DNA of 64,000 nucleotides from an uncultured archaeon (GTDB taxonomy: Archaea > Thermoplasmatota > Thermoplasmata > Thermoplasmatales > Thermoplasmataceae). The notes below the pieces were generated by a model. The model searched no databases. It was not told the DNA's origin and saw only the letters and a list, made by a program, of their open reading frames with translations. The stretch lies in the NCBI GenBank assembly GCA_000965745.1, contig CP009479.1, forward strand, positions 1,376,001-1,440,000, given 5' to 3'. Within the stretch, counting starts at the first letter, position 1. The number at the start of each line of letters is the position of its first letter. This document shows, piece by piece, positions 29,160-39,220 of the stretch. The position numbers and the translations under genes are program-made.

Positions 29160-29170
29160 TGTGCCTCATA

Positions 29171-29320
29171 CTACTTGATTTTTTCAAGTACTATTGATTC
29201 ACCATCAAAATAGAATCCCAGAATGTCTTCAGGCTTGACGTTCAATTTCTCTGTTACTTTCTTTGGAAGCGTTATCCTAAGAGAACTACCCCTTTTTGAA
29301 ACGTGTGATACATCCAGCAA
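29171..29320 (-). CDS. AbrB/MazE/SpoVT family DNA-binding protein (start uncertain)
   Basis: Not in ORF track; manual translation (TNEEKV)LLDVSHVSKRGSSLRITLPKKVTEKLNVKPEDILGFYFDGESIVLEKIK. Confidence 0.75.
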   Translation of the reverse strand: MLDVSHVSKRGSSLRITLPKKVTEKLNVKPEDILGFYFDGESIVLEKIK

Positions 29321-29435
29321 TACTTTTTCTTCGTTCGTAAATATATATTTGATATTAACTACTTAAATGAATCGCATTACTTTTAAGATTCAAAAAAGTT
29401 GCAATATTTCTTAAACTGCTATTATTTCGGAGTTG

Positions 29436-30455
29436 TCAAAAGAATGAGTCAAGATTGGCCTGCGAAGTTTTCCCGAATGCCTTCTCAAGAGTATCAAGAT
29501 AAGGTGTTACACGCCCCTCAGAGAAGTTGTGCTCTTCACACAGGAACCTCAGTATCCCTTCTCTGTCCGGTTTATTAAAGGTGAGGTCAAAGTCTGTTTT
29601 TACATCGGGGTTCATGAAAATTTCTATGATTCTGTCCTGGTTCTCTATCTCCTGATCCTTCTCCTTCAGCACAGTTGCAATGTCTCCATGCTTCTTTATC
29701 AGCTTGAGTGCAGTCTTGGGGCCTATACCCTTGATCCCCCTGTTGAAATCTGTCCCAACCAGGATACCTATGTGAATAAGCTGCTCCAGAGTCACTTCAT
29801 TCTTTTTCAGCGTCTCTTCGAGCTCAATGTATTCTGGCTGAACATTGACGTAAATATTCCTTCCGGGCACTTTTCTCCTGCCAAAAACAGCAAAGTTTCT
29901 GAGAATACGTGCTGCACCGAACAGCAGGCAGTCATAATCCTGAGATATGACGCCATTGACCTTTCCTACCTTGCTCATGTACGAAGCCTGTGCTTCCCCT
30001 TCGGAAGGCGCTTCAACATAGGGGAGCCCCATCAGTGACAGAAGTTCCATAGTCTCTGAAACGATCTCGCCGCTTACGTAATTTATACGCGATGAAAGCG
30101 ATCTCACACGGGCCGAATCTCCTTCTTCCCTTGCCTGGGCTAGCTCAATCCTTGCTTTCTCCTTGGCAAGTTTTCTTTCCTCGATTGTTCTGTTCTTCAG
30201 AACCGCAGGTTTTCCGTCAAAAACATAGACAGGCCTTATCCCGCTGTCGAGCATGTTTATGGTTCTATAGAAAAGGCCAGATAGATGTGAAGTTACTCTC
30301 CCCTGACTGTCCATCAATGGAGTTCCATCCGGCTGCCTTATGCTGCTCAAAAACTGGTAAAGTATATTGTAGGCATCAACTGAAAAGGTTGAGCCGGAAT
30401 GTTCCCTGAGTGATGTTTGATGTTTGACCACTAGATCTGATATGTCTACGCCCAT
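29436..30455 (-). CDS. fen: Flap endonuclease FEN-1
   Basis: MGV start, DAYN.LYQFL, EGEAQ, SQDYD, GTDFN, C-terminal PIP box QANLDSFF. Confidence 0.98.
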   Translation of the reverse strand: MGVDISDLVVKHQTSLREHSGSTFSVDAYNILYQFLSSIRQPDGTPLMDSQGRVTSHLSGLFYRTINMLDSGIRPVYVFDGKPAVLKNRTIEERKLAKEKARIELAQAREEGDSARVRSLSSRINYVSGEIVSETMELLSLMGLPYVEAPSEGEAQASYMSKVGKVNGVISQDYDCLLFGAARILRNFAVFGRRKVPGRNIYVNVQPEYIELEETLKKNEVTLEQLIHIGILVGTDFNRGIKGIGPKTALKLIKKHGDIATVLKEKDQEIENQDRIIEIFMNPDVKTDFDLTFNKPDREGILRFLCEEHNFSEGRVTPYLDTLEKAFGKTSQANLDSFF

Positions 30456-30457
30456 GT

Positions 30458-31156
30458 TTATCCCTCACAGTTTACTCCATAATCCACTATCCTGTATTCC
30501 GAACTGTTGCCTTCAGGTATGGACCTGTGCTTTGATACTGAAATTCTTCTTTTCCCTCCCGGAAGTTTCTCGAGCTGGTATATGGCCTTCATTGAATGGT
30601 CTATGAGGAAGCCCCCGAAAGGATGGAGCAGTTTTGAATCCATGTCCTGGTAAATCTGGTTGGTGATAAGTACCGGGACATTTCCCCTTAGGGCGATGGA
30701 TGAAAGGAGGCCCAACTGTTTCTGGAATCCCGCTGATCTGGAAGCAGCATCCGCCGTCTTTTCCAGCCTGAAATATTCAGTGAACGAATCCACGATCACA
30801 ATGCCTATCTTCCTGCTCTTTTCGAGCATTTTAAGTACCCTCATTATCGAGAGTTCCTGGTCATCAAGTGAGGAGACTCTGTAAAGCATAAGGCTCTCCG
30901 ACGGCTCACTTGAACCACCGCAGATCTGCATGAACCTGTCCGCGGAAAAACCTTCAGTGTCCAGAAAGACAGCAGTCTTGTCGTTCTTTATGGCTGCAAG
31001 CGCGAAAAGCATTGACATATTGCTCTTGCCTGATCCACCTTCACCGTAGAGTTCCGTTATTACCCCGCTTTCGAGGCCACCATTCATGAGTGAGTCAATG
31101 CAGCTGACTCCCACTGGTAGCTTCTCCAATTTCTGTGCGGGGTCTATTTTCTCCAT
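30458..31156 (-). CDS. radB: DNA repair protein RadB
   Basis: GEGGSGKS Walker A, no N-terminal HhH domain, KHR motif. Confidence 0.93.
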   Translation of the reverse strand: MEKIDPAQKLEKLPVGVSCIDSLMNGGLESGVITELYGEGGSGKSNMSMLFALAAIKNDKTAVFLDTEGFSADRFMQICGGSSEPSESLMLYRVSSLDDQELSIMRVLKMLEKSRKIGIVIVDSFTEYFRLEKTADAASRSAGFQKQLGLLSSIALRGNVPVLITNQIYQDMDSKLLHPFGGFLIDHSMKAIYQLEKLPGGKRRISVSKHRSIPEGNSSEYRIVDYGVNCEG

Positions 31157-31190
31157 ATTATCGTAATGTTACTGATATATAAAACCAGTT

Positions 31191-31886
31191 TCAGGTCATG
31201 TCCAGGTAAGCTTTGACGATCAGCCCGGCAAGGGCTTGAAGGTCATTTGACTGCAGTGTTGCTGTGGCATGACGCCCTACTTCTTCCTCTGTGGGGTTGA
31301 ACCCAACCGAAAAGGCAGAATTGTTGAACATCGGCACGTCATGGATGGAATCTCCAACGCTAACTGTCCTTTCACTACTTATTTTGAGCTCTTTCTGCAA
31401 TTTCCGGACAGCCAGATCTTTTCTGAGTGGATCCACAACTGCAACTCCTTTTGGCTGTATAATTCCCTCTGAATCGGTATTCAGATAATTCACGTATGTG
31501 AAATCGAAATGAAAGGTTCCGTTTATCCTGTCGGAAAGCCATGAAATGCCACCAGAGATTATCGCCAGGGTTGACCCATAGCCACGGAGGGTCTCCATGG
31601 ATTCTCGAAGATTGTCTCTCAAAGGGATGGTGTTGAGTATATTCACTATGTCCTCTCTCCTTATCCTTCCCAGCTTTCGGTTCCAGAGGCGGACATCGCT
31701 CTCAAGAAATGTCTCATAACTTATCTCCCTGTTTTTGAAAAGCTCGTAATTCTTCCTGTTATTGACCCCTATCCTGTCGTGGACATACTGCCAGCTGCTC
31801 GAGTGCTGAGTCAATACGCCATCCATGTCGAAAATGATAAGGGTCCTCTCCTGTCTACTCACTTTTGAGGTATATTCATAACGCAT
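31191..31886 (-). CDS. HAD-IB family phosphatase (phosphoserine phosphatase-like)
   Basis: FDMDGVL, ISGG, VGDS..D. Confidence 0.88.
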   Translation of the reverse strand: MRYEYTSKVSRQERTLIIFDMDGVLTQHSSSWQYVHDRIGVNNRKNYELFKNREISYETFLESDVRLWNRKLGRIRREDIVNILNTIPLRDNLRESMETLRGYGSTLAIISGGISWLSDRINGTFHFDFTYVNYLNTDSEGIIQPKGVAVVDPLRKDLAVRKLQKELKISSERTVSVGDSIHDVPMFNNSAFSVGFNPTEEEVGRHATATLQSNDLQALAGLIVKAYLDMT

Positions 31887-31914
31887 TAATCAGCCTTTTT
31901 GATATTTTGGAGTT

Positions 31915-31959
31915 GGGACAGGCAGGCATTCTGCTTTAATAGGGCGGGGAGGATGTCAC
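31915..31959 (+). repeat. Orphan, degenerate copy of the IS605 right end
   Basis: 31939-31960 is identical (22 nt) to 18856-18877; the upstream hairpin arm is degenerate. Confidence 0.85.
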
Positions 31960-31962
31960 CGA

Positions 31963-33369
31963 TCAATAGGACTTGGAGAAAACCGACTTCTTCCCGTCAG
32001 TGCCGCAAACGATGCATTTTCCGACATCTTCTGTACCGTTGACGAATCCCAGGGGGTCAAGATCAGCTTCAGCTTCTATATGGTCTGCACACTCCTTGGA
32101 CCCGCACCAGTAAGCTGCTGTGGCTCCAATTGCTTTTTTCATGTCGTCAAGGCTTGAAGAATCTGTAAGAAGGGATAGGAACAACTTATCTGCTGATTCT
32201 TTCATGCTCGCTTTCACTTCACCAAGTAAGCCTGTCACTCCTGAAACAAAATCCCCCCTGCTCATGACTTTTTTGCCTTTCTTGCTTCTGAGGGCGACCG
32301 TCACATTTCCGGATCCGACTTCCCTTACTCCAATCTCGACCCTGACTGGAACGCCCCTCATTTCCCAGTCGTTATACTTGTACCCCGGGGTGTAGTTGTC
32401 CCGGTCATCAACTCTCACCCTGAAACCCATTTTCAGAAGGTCATCTCCGATCTTCCGGGAATATCCGATCGTGTCCTCCGACTCAGAGGGTATTGGAACA
32501 ATTATGACCTGTACCGGGGCAATTCCCGGTGGAAGAATGAGCCCCTTGTCGTCGCCGTGCACACCTATTACCGCCGCAAGCAGCCTTTCGCTCATACCAA
32601 ATGTCGTCTGAGAAACAAAATGATGCTCTCCATCGTCATCCGCATATTTAATATCGTAATTTTCCGAGAAATTAGTGCCATATTGGTGGATCGTGCCTAT
32701 CTGGAGAGACCTGCTGCTTGGAAGCAGGGTATCAAAAGCAAGAGTGTATCTTGCACCCGGGAATTTGTCCCAATCAGGCCTTCTGTTGGTTATGTAAGGA
32801 AGGCAAAGCTCGTCGGCAAGGCGTTCCCAGATCTCCTTGTACTGTACCATCTGTTTTTCAGCATCTTCATACGTCGCATGGGCTGTATGTGCTTCAAAGA
32901 AGTGTATTTCCCTTATCCTGATGAATGACCTGGTGTGTTTTGTCTCATGCCTGTAGACACTGACAATCTGGTACAACTTCATTGGAAGGTCTGCATGGGA
33001 GCGTATCCAGAGTGAAAACATCGGGTACATTGCAGCTTCGCTTGTTGGTCTCAGGGCCAGCTCCACATCCAGGTTTTCATGGCCTCCTCTTGTGATCCAG
33101 TAAAGTTCACCCTCAAAACCTTTTACATGCTCAAATTCCACCATGAGCTGGTCTTTGGTGACTGGAACAGGAAAACTTACCTCATCAAAATCACGGGAGT
33201 CGACAAGTCTTCTTATTATGCCATCTATGCCTTGCATTATTTTGAGACCATACGGCCTCCATACATTCATCCCTTTTACATGGTATCGTTTGTCGCTCAA
33301 CTCAGCAGTCTCAACTATCTCATTGTACCACTCGCTGAAGTTTTTTTTCCTGTTCTCCATCTGATGCAA
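31963..33369 (-). CDS. proS: Proline--tRNA ligase, archaeal type
   Basis: RPTSE, FIRIREI.FFEAHT, TFGMSER, C-terminal Tyr. Confidence 0.97.
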   Translation of the reverse strand: MHQMENRKKNFSEWYNEIVETAELSDKRYHVKGMNVWRPYGLKIMQGIDGIIRRLVDSRDFDEVSFPVPVTKDQLMVEFEHVKGFEGELYWITRGGHENLDVELALRPTSEAAMYPMFSLWIRSHADLPMKLYQIVSVYRHETKHTRSFIRIREIHFFEAHTAHATYEDAEKQMVQYKEIWERLADELCLPYITNRRPDWDKFPGARYTLAFDTLLPSSRSLQIGTIHQYGTNFSENYDIKYADDDGEHHFVSQTTFGMSERLLAAVIGVHGDDKGLILPPGIAPVQVIIVPIPSESEDTIGYSRKIGDDLLKMGFRVRVDDRDNYTPGYKYNDWEMRGVPVRVEIGVREVGSGNVTVALRSKKGKKVMSRGDFVSGVTGLLGEVKASMKESADKLFLSLLTDSSSLDDMKKAIGATAAYWCGSKECADHIEAEADLDPLGFVNGTEDVGKCIVCGTDGKKSVFSKSY

Positions 33370-33456
33370 CAGATTATCAAGGTTTTAATTAACTTTCCTT
33401 ATCTTACTGTTTGAGTCAGAGGACGAGTATGGCCTACAAAAAAAGAGATATATTCA

Positions 33457-34701
33457 TTGATCATTTGTCTGGTTGTGATAACAGACTCCCTTCAGGATAA
33501 GGAAAAGAAATTTATTGTCGATATCGCGCGCAGAATTATCCCGATAAGGTCCATCTCTCCGGAATCCGGTGGAAAGGGCGAATCTGAAAGGGCTGATGAA
33601 CTGTGCAAAATTCTAGATGAAATGGGGTTTAAGGGCTACTCAAGATACGACGTGGAAGACAAGGGCGGATTTAGAAGGTCCAGTGTCGTTCTCAAATCTG
33701 GGCGCAAGGAGAAAACTCTATGGATTGTGGCCCACATTGATACGGTTCCGGAAGGTGATCTGTCGCTATGGACCAGGAGTCCCTTTACAGTGACACTTGA
33801 GAAGGACCGAATTTATGGCAGAGGGACTTCAGACAACGGCCAAGCCATACTACTTTCAATGCTCCTCCTTAAGAATCTCAGGAAGGACGAGCTCAACTAC
33901 AATCTGGGGATTGCATTTGTGGCAGATGAAGAGATGGGCAGCAACTATGGGATTCAGCACCTGCTTGAGAAAGATATCTTCCGGGAGGGAGACTTGATAA
34001 TTGTTCCAGACGCAGGTACTGAAGAAGGCAATGAGGTCGAAGTGGCTGAAAAAAGTATTCTGTGGCTGAAAATAAAGACCACGGGAAAGCAGTATCACGC
34101 CAGTATGCCGTTCAATGCAATCAACGCATCAAGGGAAGGCATGAAATTCGTACTTGAACTGGACAGGCACCTTCATGAAAAATTCAAGGATAGTGTGGAT
34201 ATATTTTCACCGCCATACTCTACCTTCGAGCCCACAAAGCACGAAAAGAACGTTGATAACATCAACACGATACCCGGCGTCGATGTACAGTATATGGACT
34301 GCAGGATTCTGCCAGGATACGATTTGGTCGTCGTCATGGACCAGATTGAATTGAAAATGAGGGAGTTCGAGAAAGACAGCAAAGCAAAAATTTCGTATGA
34401 GGTGATCCAGAAGGAACAGGCACCCGCCCGGACTCCTGAAAACGCAGAGATTGTCGAAAGGCTGATCAAGTCGATAAGGAAAACCAGAAATATCGAGCCT
34501 AAAGTTATTGGGATAGGCGGCGGAACCTGTGCAGCATATTTCAGGAAAAAAGGTTTCGATGCTGCAGTCTGGTGCACAACTGTAGCAGAAAGCGCCCATA
34601 AGCCGGACGAGTACATGATACTCGATCATGTCCTAAAAGACAGGGATGTAATCGAAGACATACTCTATGGCAGAGGGGATCAGCCTATTAATGCCGACTA
34701 G
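33457..34701 (+). CDS. M20 family metallo-hydrolase (DapE/ArgE-like)
   Basis: HIDTV, GRG.SDNG, DEE, AH..DE. Confidence 0.92.
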   Translation: MIICLVVITDSLQDKEKKFIVDIARRIIPIRSISPESGGKGESERADELCKILDEMGFKGYSRYDVEDKGGFRRSSVVLKSGRKEKTLWIVAHIDTVPEGDLSLWTRSPFTVTLEKDRIYGRGTSDNGQAILLSMLLLKNLRKDELNYNLGIAFVADEEMGSNYGIQHLLEKDIFREGDLIIVPDAGTEEGNEVEVAEKSILWLKIKTTGKQYHASMPFNAINASREGMKFVLELDRHLHEKFKDSVDIFSPPYSTFEPTKHEKNVDNINTIPGVDVQYMDCRILPGYDLVVVMDQIELKMREFEKDSKAKISYEVIQKEQAPARTPENAEIVERLIKSIRKTRNIEPKVIGIGGGTCAAYFRKKGFDAAVWCTTVAESAHKPDEYMILDHVLKDRDVIEDILYGRGDQPINAD

Positions 34702-35222
34702 TCCAGCCCATCGTCCTCGTCGGTCTTGGACAGGTCGATCAGCCTGTTTACCCCGTCCACTTCCTTTATTATGTCAGCGACGGTCTGTGGGACAGCAGGT
34801 TCCCATTCTCCGCCATTAAGTATCTTTTCCCTTATCTTCGTTCCAGACCAGAATTTTCTGTTTATAAGCTTGAATGATCTGGCATCATATCCTTTTTCAT
34901 AAAACAATCTTCCCACAAGGGGGTTATTTGTGTAAACAGTCCTGAATTTCGGTGTCAGGGACTCAACGTGGGCAACCCACAAAGGGTTGGAATTGACATC
35001 CTCAATAGGCACGATGTAGAAATTTCTGATTCCCTCGTTTTCCAGAGTCGAAGAAATCATCAGATATCTTTCCCCTGCTGTAAACGGGTCCTTCAAAGTG
35101 TGTGAGTACTGTGCGCTTCCTATTCCTATAATTACGGAGGGGCTGTCCCTGAGAACTTCCTTGATGATTTCGAGATGGCCTTTATGGAATGGCTGGAAAC
35201 GACCGACAATGAATGATCTCAT
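34698..35222 (-). CDS. nadM: Nicotinamide-nucleotide adenylyltransferase
   Basis: GRFQPFHKGH, PFTAGER, SGTKIR. Confidence 0.95.
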   Translation of the reverse strand: MRSFIVGRFQPFHKGHLEIIKEVLRDSPSVIIGIGSAQYSHTLKDPFTAGERYLMISSTLENEGIRNFYIVPIEDVNSNPLWVAHVESLTPKFRTVYTNNPLVGRLFYEKGYDARSFKLINRKFWSGTKIREKILNGGEWEPAVPQTVADIIKEVDGVNRLIDLSKTDEDDGLD

Positions 35223-35317
35223 GTAATGTTGTATTACAACGGTTAAATAAATCCTTCACAGTTTTTTGAAAAAACTCCGATCTATGGATTTTCGCCGATC
35301 CTCATTACAGATTCTTT

Positions 35318-38300
35318 TCAAACGGGTTGGATGCTAATTACTACCTTTTCTCCGTTGATGTCCCAGTCCCTGCCTTTTTCTTGTGCGTCTTCAACTATCT
35401 CTTCGCTGAGAGTCTCTTCCATTATCCAGTTCTTGAATTTTCCAAGCGCTTTTGGTATCACGCCACTCCCTGAAATTCCAGTCCTTATCTTCTGGTCATA
35501 CTCAAGATTAAGGTCCTTCCTCATGACCTGTATTCTTCTTATCAGTTCTCTAGCGGCTCCCTCCAATTGGAGGCCTTCGTCGATTCTGCTGTTTACAAAT
35601 ACCTCTATTTCCGTTCTACTGTCCTGCGTATAACCGTAGTTCTCATCGGGAGTTTCTTCGATCTTGACAAGGCTGGAATCTACATCCACCCCTTCTGCTG
35701 ATATCTTCCCGTGCCTTTCAAGCTCATTTATGAGCTCTGCCTGGTCTGCATTCTTTATGTATTCCTGGACTTTCCTGAGATTGCTTCGGAGAATTGGTGC
35801 TGCTTCAGACAGAACTATCTCTACTCTTCGGATCACTGGCCTCTCGCTTGAGGCGATGAATGTTAAATCTCTCGAGTTGACTTCCGGTTTTACAAGATCA
35901 ACGAGGTCTTTTTCAAGTGCTTCTGTTCCTGAGACCAGTATTTCAGTTACCGGCTGCCTTCCTTTTATGCCTGTCAACTGTCTGACTCTTCTTACGGACT
36001 CTATGATGGAAGCGGCTTTTGAAAACGACCTCTCAAGCTCCGTATCGACTGTGGACTCATCAGTTACCGGAAAATCTGTCTCATGTACACTCCCCTTTCC
36101 TTTAGTTAGTTTCTGGTAGAGGTAATCTGTGGTAAACGGAGCAATCGGCGCAAGAAGCCTGAGTGTAGAATCTATTGTATAATACAGTGTGCTGTAGGCC
36201 TGCCTCTTCTCATCATTCATGGACTCCGCCCAAAACCTCCTTCTTGAGAGTCTCAGGTAAAAGTTGGATATGCTGTCAATGAGCTCCTGTACATCTCGAA
36301 GTGCCAGATGCAGTTGAAGTGCGTCCATTTTGGCTCCCACGCTCTTGATTGTCGAATTGACTTTTGATATTATCCAGCGATCCAGCAGGTTGGCTGATTT
36401 TTCGAGGCCTTTGTATTCATAGCTGTCCAGGTTCGCATTGGACGCAAAGAATGAGTACACGTTTGTGAGAGTGCCAAGCGTCTTGCTCGTGACCTCAGAG
36501 ATTAGCTTCTTATCCAGAGATTTAACCTTCCATGGCGCCCCTGTGAGGAAGAATAATCTCATTGGATCCGGACCGACTTCATGGACAAAATCAAGAGCAA
36601 AGACAGAATTTCCCTTGCTCTTGCTCATTTTTCTCCCCTGTTCATCGAGGATGAAATTTATGGTCAGTGCATTCTTGTATGCATTCTGCCCGAACAGAAG
36701 CGAGGAAATCACGTGAAGTGTGTAATACCATCCTCTTGTCTGGTCTATTGCCTCAGTTATGAAGTCTATGGGGAAATTGACATCCGGTGAGAAGGCGTCC
36801 TCGAATGGATAGTGCAAAGCAGCGTAAGTGGCGCTTCCTGAATCAAACCACGTATCAATCACGTAGGGTTCCCTTGACATTTCAAGGCCACATTCCCTGC
36901 ATTTGAGTTTTATATTGTCTACAAAGGGCCTGTGAAGGTCATCTGGAACTTCACCGCCATTTTCTCTAATCTCCTTTCTGCTTCCAACCACGAAATAATG
37001 TTCGTTTGAGCATTTCCAGACGGGAAGAGGGGTGCCCCAATACCTGTTTCTGCTTAGGGCCCAGTCTTTTGCCTCTGAAAGGAAATTCCCAAATCTGCCT
37101 TCCTTAAGGTGCTCGGGAAGCCAGTTTATCTTCTCGTTGTTCTCCATCAATTCCTTCCTTATGGTGGATACGCGGATGAACCAGGCCTCTAGGGGGTAAT
37201 ACAGTAGCGGAGAACTGCACCGGTAACAGAACGGGTATGTATGCTCTATCTTCTCGCTCTTGAACACCAGTCCTTTCGACTTGAGGTACTTCAATATGTC
37301 TAAGTCTGCATCCTTAACAAATTGGCCATTCCACGGAAGTCTTTCATCCGCAAATTTTCCTGAAAGGTTAACCGGATTCAGTATCTCGACATTTTCATTT
37401 TTCCCTATGTCAAAATCATCGGCTCCGAATGCTGGTGAAGTATGAACCACACCCGTACCTTCTGTGACGGTGACATGATTCCCGGTCACGATTTTCATTG
37501 TCCCAACGGGTTTTCCCAGAAATGGTATGAGTTGTTCATATTCTTTTCCGGATAGATCCGATCCCTTGAAAGTCTCAATCGTCTCATACTCTCCTTTGAA
37601 CAGCTTCGGTACTATTTCAGTTGCAAGGTAAAGTTCTTCACCCTCGTGGCGTATCAGGGAGTATTCTATGTCGGGATTAACCGCCAGAAACTCATTTGAT
37701 GGAAGAGTCCAGGGGGTAGTAGTCCATGCCAGGAAATATCTGTTTTCAGTACCTTTTTCCTTGAACCTGATATATAGTGAGGGGTCCTTGACATCCTCAT
37801 ATCCCTGTGAAACTTCGTGGGAACTAAGGGAGGTTTCGCATCTGGGGCAATAAGGCACGATCTTGTAGTCCTTAACTAGAAGTCCCCGTTCAAACATGGT
37901 TTTGAGTGCCCACCACTCACTCTCGATGTAGTCATTCCTTAGAGTTATGTACGCTTTTTCATGATCTATCCAGAATCCAAGCAGATCATCAACTTTCATC
38001 CATTCGTCGATGTACCTGAATATGCTTTCACGGCAATACGCATTGAATTTGTCAATTCCAAAATCTTCAATCTGTTTCTTGGTGGTGAAACCAAAGTGCT
38101 TTTCTGCCTCCAGTTCAACAGGGAGTCCGTGGCAATCCCATCCTGCAGTTCTTCTGAGGACGTTAAACCCCTTCATGTATTTGTATCTCAAAACGGTATC
38201 TTTGACCGTCCTGGTCATTGCATGTCCAACATGCGGCCTGCCATTTGCAGTTGGAGGCCCTTCTAGGAAAACAAAATTCCCTCTGTCCTTCTGGGGCTGA

Positions 38301-38422
38301 AAGATCTTTTCTTTCAGCTTATTATCCTTCCAGTTTTCAAGTACTTCCTCAGCTATCGAATAGTATGATCTCCCTGTATCCGGTTTTTCGTACAATTCTC
38401 CCGTCATGTGATAATGTTCCAA
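35318..38422 (-). CDS. ileS: Isoleucine--tRNA ligase
   Basis: GPPTANG.PHVGH, GWDCHGLP, WTTTPWTL, KMSKS. Confidence 0.98.
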   Translation of the reverse strand: MEHYHMTGELYEKPDTGRSYYSIAEEVLENWKDNKLKEKIFQPQKDRGNFVFLEGPPTANGRPHVGHAMTRTVKDTVLRYKYMKGFNVLRRTAGWDCHGLPVELEAEKHFGFTTKKQIEDFGIDKFNAYCRESIFRYIDEWMKVDDLLGFWIDHEKAYITLRNDYIESEWWALKTMFERGLLVKDYKIVPYCPRCETSLSSHEVSQGYEDVKDPSLYIRFKEKGTENRYFLAWTTTPWTLPSNEFLAVNPDIEYSLIRHEGEELYLATEIVPKLFKGEYETIETFKGSDLSGKEYEQLIPFLGKPVGTMKIVTGNHVTVTEGTGVVHTSPAFGADDFDIGKNENVEILNPVNLSGKFADERLPWNGQFVKDADLDILKYLKSKGLVFKSEKIEHTYPFCYRCSSPLLYYPLEAWFIRVSTIRKELMENNEKINWLPEHLKEGRFGNFLSEAKDWALSRNRYWGTPLPVWKCSNEHYFVVGSRKEIRENGGEVPDDLHRPFVDNIKLKCRECGLEMSREPYVIDTWFDSGSATYAALHYPFEDAFSPDVNFPIDFITEAIDQTRGWYYTLHVISSLLFGQNAYKNALTINFILDEQGRKMSKSKGNSVFALDFVHEVGPDPMRLFFLTGAPWKVKSLDKKLISEVTSKTLGTLTNVYSFFASNANLDSYEYKGLEKSANLLDRWIISKVNSTIKSVGAKMDALQLHLALRDVQELIDSISNFYLRLSRRRFWAESMNDEKRQAYSTLYYTIDSTLRLLAPIAPFTTDYLYQKLTKGKGSVHETDFPVTDESTVDTELERSFSKAASIIESVRRVRQLTGIKGRQPVTEILVSGTEALEKDLVDLVKPEVNSRDLTFIASSERPVIRRVEIVLSEAAPILRSNLRKVQEYIKNADQAELINELERHGKISAEGVDVDSSLVKIEETPDENYGYTQDSRTEIEVFVNSRIDEGLQLEGAARELIRRIQVMRKDLNLEYDQKIRTGISGSGVIPKALGKFKNWIMEETLSEEIVEDAQEKGRDWDINGEKVVISIQPV

Positions 38423-38539
38423 AAGGTTACAAGACTATTTATCAGTTTCTTGAAAGAACATCTGTAACATACACTGTGTAGTTTTGACTCAGAAGAGTAA
38501 AGGTTTCAAGGATTTTTAAAGTGGTTATAAGTCTGGTGT

Positions 38540-38740
38540 TCAAATCGTTGCGACTGTTACCTTCGGCAACTGACCGTACTTCTTCCTGTATTTTCGCAGA
38601 AGCTTCTGCTCTTTCCTGACGAGCCAGTCAAGGTAGTAGCCATAAAGGTCTGGGTTTTCCTTTCTAAGCTTCATTATGCCTATCCTCTCCTGGGTAACCG
38701 TATCTATATCCTCCAAAAGCCTGAATTTGTCTGACATCAT
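38540..38740 (-). CDS. Small basic hypothetical protein
   Basis: 66-aa ORF with plausible composition; AT-rich promoter-like upstream region. Confidence 0.6.
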   Translation of the reverse strand: MMSDKFRLLEDIDTVTQERIGIMKLRKENPDLYGYYLDWLVRKEQKLLRKYRKKYGQLPKVTVATI

Positions 38741-39075
38741 ATCTATCGAACTTCCTCTTAATTACTATTAATTTCGCATGATATGATAATTTTTTCATAA
38801 AAGAGGAAAATGAGAAAATGAGTGCGAACCCACTTAATACGGAGTTTACGTTATAAGGAATTTTTGCGAAATTTCTTTTTCATGTTGACCGTGGTCAACT
38901 TATTCCCTGCAATGGCAATTACTCAACGTATCGGTTTGGAAAAAACCCCATGTTCGCTGGGTTTCCTTACAAAATACCTACATTGGCAGACATTGGCTGA
39001 ACTATAATTTCTTTCACATACTTGTTCTTGTATAAAAGTAAAAATATTTATTAACCAGAACTGATTATATTTTTT

Positions 39076-39207
39076 ATGTTCAAAAATTTCTTCCACAAGG
39101 TATCAGTTTCCATCAAGGAAGAAACGGCCAGGCTGCGATCAGTGATTCATGAACAGTTTGATTTACCGCAGATTGACCCTGAACAAGTAAAAAATCATCA
39201 CAAATAA
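39076..39207 (+). CDS. Putative 43-aa leaderless small protein
   Basis: Manual translation MFKNFFHKVSVSIKEETARLRSVIHEQFDLPQIDPEQVKNHHK; TTTATTAA about 22 nt upstream. Confidence 0.45.
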   Translation: MFKNFFHKVSVSIKEETARLRSVIHEQFDLPQIDPEQVKNHHK

Positions 39208-39220
39208 TATAATGATTTTA

